A DNA stretch of 64,000 nt, from positions 256,001-320,000 of the forward strand of contig MTLY02000001.1 of NCBI GenBank assembly GCA_002011035.2, given 5' to 3'. Under the pieces are notes generated by a model. It saw only the letters and a program-made list of their open reading frames with translations, had not been told where the DNA came from and searched no databases. Source of the stretch: Candidatus Hecatella orcuttiae. GTDB lineage: Archaea; Thermoproteota; Bathyarchaeia; Hecatellales; Hecatellaceae. Position numbers and translations under genes: made by a program. The stretch's first letter is position 1. The number at the start of each line of letters is the position of its first letter. Below are positions 58,066-64,000 of this stretch, piece after piece.

Positions 58066-59505
58066 ATGGCTGTGGAGAGAAAGCGATGGCAGAGGGAATT
58101 CGGAGACTGGTTTCACCAAGTTATTTGGGAGTCAGGGCTGATGGATTACCGCTACCCTGTGAAGGGTTGCGGGGTATGGCTTCCCTACGGTTTCAAGCTG
58201 AGAAACAACGTGCTAAACCTCATGCGGAGGCTGCTGGATGAGACAGGGCATGAGGAAACCCTCTTCCCCCTCATGATAACCTCCGACATGGTGAAGAAGG
58301 AAGCTATTCATGTGAAAAGCTTCGAAGACCAGCTTTTCTGGGTAACCAAGGCTGGAGACCGAAAGCTGGATGAAGAGCTCGCCCTCAGACCCACCAGTGA
58401 GACAGCCATATACCCTATGATGCAGCTTTGGATACGCTCCCACGCCGACCTCCCCAAGCGGGTCTACCAAGTGGTTAACACATTCCGCTATGAAACCAAG
58501 GCCACTAGGCCGCTGATCAGGGTTAGGGAAATCTCCACCTTCAAGGAGGCTCATACTTTTCACGCCACCTTCGAAGAGGCGGAAAGACAGGTGGAAGAGG
58601 CTGTGAGAATCTACAGCCAATTCTTCGACAGCCTCGCCATCCCCTACGTGGTCTCCAAGAGGCCGGAGTGGGACAAGTTCCCGGGAGCCCTCTATTCCAT
58701 AGCCTACGACACCGTTCTCCCCGACGGGAAGGTCCTGCAAATAGGAACCGTCCACAACCTAGCTCAAAACTTTTCCAAAGCCTTTGATATAACCTTCGAA
58801 AACGCTGAGGGCCTCAGGGAGTATGTCTGGCAGACTTGTTACGGAATCTCAGAAAGAGTCATCGCAGCCCTAATAGCCGTTCACGGAGATGATAAAGGGC
58901 TTATACTTCCCCCGGGGGTCGCTCCCATTCAGGCTGTTGTCATTCCCATACCCTATAAGAGCAAAGAAGCTGCCGTCACTGAAAAAAGCAGAGAAATCAA
59001 AAAAGTCTTGGAAAAAGCGGGCGTGAGAGTTTGGCTGGATGAGAGAGATAAACTGACTCCCGGCTCCAAGTTCTACGAATGGGAATTGAAAGGCGTGCCC
59101 CTTCGGATTGAAATTGGCCCAAGAGATCTAGAGTTCCGCAACCTCACATTGGTGAGAAGGGACACGATGGAAAAGTTTCAGGTACCTGAAGAAGAGGCAG
59201 CATCCAGAGTTTTGGAAACATTTTCCGAAATCCAGTCTTCACTTTCAAGAAAAGCATCCGAATGGTTGAGGCAAAGGATCCATCAGGCTGGGAACCCCGA
59301 GGAAGCCGTTGCTTTATTCCGTGAAAAACAGGGCATTGTTGAAGTGGGATGGTGCAGTAAAGAACGGTGCGGTTTGACTTGGGAGGAGGAAACCGGCCTC
59401 CAAGTGTTGGGAATTGCTTGGGGAGAGACCTCTTTAAATGGGGGCGTCTGCCCTATCTGCGGTGAAAAAGTTGGACGGGTTCTCAGGCTGGGAAAACCCT
59501 ATTAA
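58066..59505 (+). CDS. proS: prolyl-tRNA synthetase (archaeal type)
   Basis: RYPVKG, LRPTSET, FRYETKATRPLIRVRE, QTCYGISER, anticodon domain, C-terminal Cys motifs. Confidence 0.96.
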   Translation: MAVERKRWQREFGDWFHQVIWESGLMDYRYPVKGCGVWLPYGFKLRNNVLNLMRRLLDETGHEETLFPLMITSDMVKKEAIHVKSFEDQLFWVTKAGDRKLDEELALRPTSETAIYPMMQLWIRSHADLPKRVYQVVNTFRYETKATRPLIRVREISTFKEAHTFHATFEEAERQVEEAVRIYSQFFDSLAIPYVVSKRPEWDKFPGALYSIAYDTVLPDGKVLQIGTVHNLAQNFSKAFDITFENAEGLREYVWQTCYGISERVIAALIAVHGDDKGLILPPGVAPIQAVVIPIPYKSKEAAVTEKSREIKKVLEKAGVRVWLDERDKLTPGSKFYEWELKGVPLRIEIGPRDLEFRNLTLVRRDTMEKFQVPEEEAASRVLETFSEIQSSLSRKASEWLRQRIHQAGNPEEAVALFREKQGIVEVGWCSKERCGLTWEEETGLQVLGIAWGETSLNGGVCPICGEKVGRVLRLGKPY

Positions 59506-59545
59506 CTTGTCCGTGGCTTAAGCTTAACGGGAAGGTTTATGGCAA

Positions 59546-59821
59546 ATGGGGAAAAAAAGGAAAAGCAGAGGAAGGGGAAAAGGCGGTAAAGGAAGAAGTG
59601 AAATAGTTCAATGCGACAGCTGCGGAGGCATGGTACCTCGGGATAAAGTGAAAAAAGTCACCGCCTGGGTTTCCTTTGTAGACCCAGCTTTGAGTAAGGA
59701 GCTCAGAGCCCAAGGAGCCTTCATCCCCCGAGAAAGGGTGACTAAGTATTATTGCGTATCATGTGCTGTGCACCGGGGAGTAGTGAAGGTTAGGTCAAAG
59801 GCGGAAAGAAGGCAGACTTAG
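59546..59821 (+). CDS. rps26e: 30S ribosomal protein S26e
   Basis: KKRKSRGR, QCDSCG..VPRDK, YCVSCAVHRG.VKVRS. Confidence 0.93.
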   Translation: MGKKRKSRGRGKGGKGRSEIVQCDSCGGMVPRDKVKKVTAWVSFVDPALSKELRAQGAFIPRERVTKYYCVSCAVHRGVVKVRSKAERRQT

Positions 59822-59848
59822 TATCCCTTAAACTCAGGTAAAGTTTTC

Positions 59849-59884
59849 TTCCGCTGAAATTATCAGCGGAAAACCTTTTTTTTT
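59849..59884 (+). terminator. hairpin plus T9 tract after rps26e (terminator or PadR operator)
   Basis: TTCCGCTGA-AATTA-TCAGCGGAA followed by 9 T. Confidence 0.5.
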
Positions 59885-60221
59885 GGGGGGGGGTGGGCTG
59901 AAGCTGAGCGTCAAAAGGCTGAACGACAAACTTACTAAGGAAAACCTATGGATTTACATCCTCGCAGAACTGGTGAAACGGCCCATGTACGCCTACGAGG
60001 TTGCCAAAGCCGTCAAGCAGAAATACATGATCCCCGCTGCCACCGTTACAACCTACGTGGTCCTCTATAAGATGAAAAGGGAGGGGTTGATAGAGAAAAA
60101 GGAAAAGTCTTTTCCCCTCTCAAGGCCGGCGAGAAAATATTACGGGATCACCGAGAAAGGCCTTAGAGCCTTAGAGGAGGGAAAAAGGCTTCTGAGACAA
60201 ACCCTCGACGTTTTAGGTTAG
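59883..60221 (+). CDS. PadR-family transcriptional regulator
   Basis: IYILAEL..RPMYAYEV, YVVLYKMKREGLI, RKYYGITEKG; start uncertain. Confidence 0.85.
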   Translation: MGGGGLKLSVKRLNDKLTKENLWIYILAELVKRPMYAYEVAKAVKQKYMIPAATVTTYVVLYKMKREGLIEKKEKSFPLSRPARKYYGITEKGLRALEEGKRLLRQTLDVLG

Positions 60222-61036
60222 CCTCTGCCAAGCGAGTAGCGCTGTCCTATTCTGGTGGCGGTGGTTTTGATTTCCACACCATTCTGGAGCGCCACGATCT
60301 CTATGAGCTCCTGAATACCTGAGGTCCTGATCTTCTGCTGCAGAATTTCCTCTATTTGAAACACACCAGCAGGGTTGCTCATCTTCACCAGAATTTTAAG
60401 CGGCCTATTTCCGCCTTTGCAGATCTCAACAGATTTGATGGATAAGGCTGAAAGAGAGTGAATGTCAACTTTTCCAATTTCATAGGGAACCCTCGCCCTC
60501 CCTTCAGCCATGTCAAGCCCATCGGCCACTTTGACTATTCCAGCTTCCACGCTTAGGCATTTCAGGTTTTCTTCACTTGAAAAAATGCAGTGAAGGATTT
60601 CCTGCTTTAACCGAAGCATCCGCTGCCGGTCTTTCTTATAAAGAACTGGAAGAAGCCTCTCCAAAACTCCCTCCGCTAATAGGCATCCGTGGATATGATG
60701 CAGCTCCCGGTGGACAGCGTTCCCTACATCGTGAAGGTAAGCTCCGCAGAGTGTGACCAGCTGGGAGTCCACGAGGTCGCCGTCTCCATCTTTAACAACC
60801 GACATGCTCACTTTCTCCGAGATGATGTCAGCGATTTCCAAGGCTGTTCCAGCCACAATCCTCGAGTGAACAGGCCCGTGGTCGTTGTACATCAGCCTCT
60901 TAACAGCCATGGTATTGGCCATGGAAAGATAGGTTTGAACGTCCGTGTCTTTTTCTAGGAGGTTAAACATCTTTCGCAGCTTGGGATTCTTCAAGTGCGA
61001 ATAGATAAGCTTGGAGGAAACCAGGACCACTCCCAC
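60218..61036 (-). CDS. HD-domain phosphohydrolase
   Basis: YNDHGPVH, YLHDVGN, VADGLDM, IHSLSA. Confidence 0.85.
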   Translation of the reverse strand: MGVVLVSSKLIYSHLKNPKLRKMFNLLEKDTDVQTYLSMANTMAVKRLMYNDHGPVHSRIVAGTALEIADIISEKVSMSVVKDGDGDLVDSQLVTLCGAYLHDVGNAVHRELHHIHGCLLAEGVLERLLPVLYKKDRQRMLRLKQEILHCIFSSEENLKCLSVEAGIVKVADGLDMAEGRARVPYEIGKVDIHSLSALSIKSVEICKGGNRPLKILVKMSNPAGVFQIEEILQQKIRTSGIQELIEIVALQNGVEIKTTATRIGQRYSLGRG

Positions 61037-61126
61037 TCACCTAACCTCAAAAAGAGAAAGCACCGTATTAATAGGTTGGGAGGCGGGAGCGACAGCGCTG
61101 GGGGAGCCCTCAAGGGAGGGTTTAGC

Positions 61127-62806
61127 TTAATAACCCCACCCCTTCAATCTTTCTCTGATGAGTTTCTCCTCCTCCGCAGACCAAACTTCCTCGGGTTGAT
61201 GTTCGTAGGCGGATTCCTTCTGAAGACGTACGTCTTCTTCGCTGACACCTTCGAGGATGTTTGTTAAAACTTGCCCATCCACATCATCAGGTATGGGTAA
61301 GCCCATGAGCTGCAGAACTGTAGGGAGCACGTCCACTGTTCTCACATCCACTTCAACCCCTTGTTTGACACCGTTTCCAGCCATCAGGAAAATTCCGTCT
61401 TCTACCGAAAGCGCTTCATGAGCGCCGGAGCGTATGGGGGAGGGCATGATCAGGGCTTCGGGGTTGGAAACGGGGGTCGCTCGGTCTGTGTGCTTCATGG
61501 TGAACACTAGGTCGCTGGCTTGGTCTACGAAGGGACCGGAGTAAATTTCCTCCCTCTTGTAAACTTTGTCCACCAAGTTTTCTCCGGTTTCCGGATCCTT
61601 CAGCTTGTACAGTTCGCTGATGATGTAGTCTCTCACTTTTTCGTATTCTTCCCCCGGATTTACAATGCCCTTCGGCTCTCTCCCCTTGAGGTTGATGTAG
61701 ATGTCAAAATAATTGCCACAGTAAGCCTTGGTTTTACTCCAATCCACATCTTTAATGTTGAAACTGGGGAGAATGGACATCAAAGCCTTCTTGGCAATGA
61801 AGTCCCTGAGGAATTTCATAAGCTTCCGGCTCTTAAGCAGAAAACCGTTTTTTGAAGATTGGAAGTAAAACAGCCGCTCCACATTACCTGGCCCAAGTTT
61901 GCGGGTTAGGGTGTAGGTGGACCGCGGCTTCAACTTAAGCAAGCCAAGGGACATCAGCCACTCGTCTAAGTAGAAAATACGATATTGAGGTTCAAATCCG
62001 TGGTCTGAAAGCGCAACTACAACAGTGTCTTCGTCCAGTTTTGCAACTATCTCGCCGATGATGCTGTCGATTTTCTGGTAGAAGGAGAGGACGGTGTCTC
62101 CGTACTCCTTCGCCTCCTCTGGGTTGTAGGAAGGATGGTTTGGGTCCATGTACTTCCAGAAAAAGTGCTGAATTCTGTCAAGAGCGGTGAAGACGATGAG
62201 GAAGAAATCCCAGTCGTAGCGTTCCATGAGGTATAAAGCTGTTTTCCCCCTGTTCTCCTCTATGGAACGCAGCTCCTCGATGAAGGAATCCCGGGTGGCC
62301 ATGTAGCCGCACAGCATCGGGTCAACTTCTTCCTTGTAGTCGCTGATTTCTTCCATGAGGCTCTTGGGGTACGCGGATGTTTGGCCCGGCGAGGGAATGC
62401 CTGAAATCATAAAGCCGTCGACTTTGTCAGGGGGGTATGTGGCTGGGAGGTTGACGATGCCAACTTTTCTTCCCGCCTCGTTGAGTATATTCCATATGGC
62501 CTTCGTCCTCCTCAGCTTTGAGTTGGCAATCTGCATGTCGTAGCCGCCTTCTCGCCGCTGCGTGAAATTGAAGATTCCGTGTTTCCCAGGGTTTTTTCCG
62601 GTTACGATGGAGGTCCAAGAAGTGGGGCTGCTTGGGGGGATCGTTGAAATAAGCCTACCGCCCACCCCTTTCGCTCTTATGCGGGATAGGTTGGGTAGTT
62701 TGCCTTCCCGCATCCACTGGCTAGTAAGCTTGTAGGAGGCTCCGTCCAAACCGAAAATGAAAACTTTTTTCCTTTTCTCTGAAGCGGCTCCAGCCTCCGA
62801 ACCCAT
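61127..62806 (-). CDS. alkaline phosphatase superfamily phosphodiesterase / nucleotide pyrophosphatase-like protein
   Basis: GLDGA, STIPP, TGKNPGKHG, DRIQH, SDHGF, GAH, C-terminal RLKGWGY. Confidence 0.85.
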   Translation of the reverse strand: MGSEAGAASEKRKKVFIFGLDGASYKLTSQWMREGKLPNLSRIRAKGVGGRLISTIPPSSPTSWTSIVTGKNPGKHGIFNFTQRREGGYDMQIANSKLRRTKAIWNILNEAGRKVGIVNLPATYPPDKVDGFMISGIPSPGQTSAYPKSLMEEISDYKEEVDPMLCGYMATRDSFIEELRSIEENRGKTALYLMERYDWDFFLIVFTALDRIQHFFWKYMDPNHPSYNPEEAKEYGDTVLSFYQKIDSIIGEIVAKLDEDTVVVALSDHGFEPQYRIFYLDEWLMSLGLLKLKPRSTYTLTRKLGPGNVERLFYFQSSKNGFLLKSRKLMKFLRDFIAKKALMSILPSFNIKDVDWSKTKAYCGNYFDIYINLKGREPKGIVNPGEEYEKVRDYIISELYKLKDPETGENLVDKVYKREEIYSGPFVDQASDLVFTMKHTDRATPVSNPEALIMPSPIRSGAHEALSVEDGIFLMAGNGVKQGVEVDVRTVDVLPTVLQLMGLPIPDDVDGQVLTNILEGVSEEDVRLQKESAYEHQPEEVWSAEEEKLIRERLKGWGY

Positions 62807-63149
62807 AAAACATTATCACCCTTTTTCAATTATTAAATCATATCGATGTCCAGAGGAGGACAGCGGAAGAAAGCACAGATTTCCCACCTTCTAATCAAAT
62901 AAGAGGATAATTGGCATGAAAGCATAGACTATTCCCTATTTATCCTGATATTTAAAATTTTATCCGGTCAATATACTTAAAACAGTCGTATGGGCGGATA
63001 TCCCCGAGATAATTCTAAAGCTAGCCCGCCAGCCTATACTTTCGACCGTCTTCAGCCGGTTGCTAGTTTCTTTTAGGGTTTTTCGTCTGCCTTAAATCTT
63101 ATCAGTTCGACATCCTTTTCAGCTATTAAGGGTAAAAGGGGGGAGCTGC

Positions 63150-64000
63150 TTGGCAGGTATTTTCAGAGCCTACGACATCAGGGGAATCTACGGACAAGAC
63201 TTAACCCCTGAACTGGCGTTGAAAATCGGATTAGCCTTCGGGAACTTTTTGGGCGGCCGTGAACAGGTGGTTGTGGGAAGAGACTCCAGACTAAGCGGCC
63301 CTCCCTTGGAGAGAGCTCTTACAGCGGGGCTTATGGCTTCAGGCTGCAGCTGCGTAGGGCTGGGAATAGTCCCCACACCTGTTCTCTACTTCGCTTCTGT
63401 TCACTACGGACAGAGGGGGGGCGTGATGTTGACGGCTTCTCACAATCCGCCTCAATACAACGGATTCAAACTCTGCCGGGGAGGTGTCGCCTACTCCTAC
63501 GAAACCTGTATAGGGAAATTGGAGGAAGCCGTTGAGAAAGCTTCCTTTACTCTTGCAAGCTGGCAAAGAGTGGGAGCCTACGAGAAGCAAGAGGTGCTAG
63601 GCGACTATAGCAGCTGCGTGATCAAAAACCTTCGACTGGAAAAAAAATTGAAGATAGTCTTAGACATAGGCAACGGCGCTTGCGGATATTCGGAGAAAAT
63701 CTTCCGAAACCTAGGCTGTCAAGTTGGCAGAACCCTCTTCCCGGAGCCTGATGGGAGATTTCCTAACCACATCCCTGACCCCCTCAAGGAGGAGACCCTT
63801 ACAGCTTTGAGGCAGGAGGTAGTGGCGTCCAAAGCCGACATGGGTGTGGCCTTCGACGGGGACGGAGACAGGGTGGGGTTTGTGGATGACAGGGGGCGCA
63901 TTGTCCCCGGGGACTCTGCTTTCATTCTCTTCGTGAGAGATGTTCTCAAAAAGCATCCTGCCTCGAAGATTGTTCTCAATGTTTTATGCTCCAAGGCGGT
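63150..64000 (+). CDS. phosphomannomutase/phosphoglucomutase (partial, runs off the window)
   Basis: Not in the ORF track. TTG start, IFRAYDIRG, VGRDSR, TASHNP, FDGDGDR. Confidence 0.92.
   Translation, partial: MAGIFRAYDIRGIYGQDLTPELALKIGLAFGNFLGGREQVVVGRDSRLSGPPLERALTAGLMASGCSCVGLGIVPTPVLYFASVHYGQRGGVMLTASHNPPQYNGFKLCRGGVAYSYETCIGKLEEAVEKASFTLASWQRVGAYEKQEVLGDYSSCVIKNLRLEKKLKIVLDIGNGACGYSEKIFRNLGCQVGRTLFPEPDGRFPNHIPDPLKEETLTALRQEVVASKADMGVAFDGDGDRVGFVDDRGRIVPGDSAFILFVRDVLKKHPASKIVLNVLCSKA

Noticed and set aside
1-64000. CRISPR arrays, tRNA/rRNA genes, transposases, integrases
   Set aside because: I saw no regularly spaced repeats, cloverleaf/T-loop signatures in the spacers, or recombinase motifs by eye. 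A tRNAscan/Infernal run would be needed to exclude small RNAs.

Overview
Gene-dense chromosomal window from an archaeon. PolB1-type polymerase, rpS26e, an Sm-MAT gene pair, the LysW pathway and cofE point to the TACK group; Bathyarchaeia-like is an inference. The content is almost all core metabolism: trpDC (trpC runs off the window), hisC, a LUD/Fe-S oxidoreductase pair, an NRAMP-family transporter with a PRC-barrel partner, thrC-hom-lysC, a his operon (hisGABFDEHI plus a PHP phosphatase), an AbrB-ACT regulator, lysWXY-DUF2284-lysZJ, cofE, polB, dys-speB, two moeA, fprA, NYN, htpX, a four-gene proline/sarcosine-dehydrogenase-like cluster, purSQL-purF-purF'-purDE, Sm-mat, rio2, pyrG, mtnP, dph6, purA, apgM, proS, rps26e, PadR, HD, a phosphodiesterase and a partial pmm. 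I saw no mobile element, CRISPR array, tRNA or rRNA. The most interesting signals are regulatory or translational: (1) hisG, hisF, purQ and lysX have conserved N-termini but no in-frame ATG/GTG/TTG, implying ACG/ATA initiation or recoding; (2) a long trpD leader carries Trp-codon uORFs and alternative anti-SD pairings, like an attenuator; (3) a structured non-coding element lies upstream of the pur operon; (4) an AbrB-ACT regulator faces a palindromic operator at the his promoter; (5) the two moeA paralogs share a 58/59-nt identical tract. All calls come from motif recognition by eye; no searches were run.
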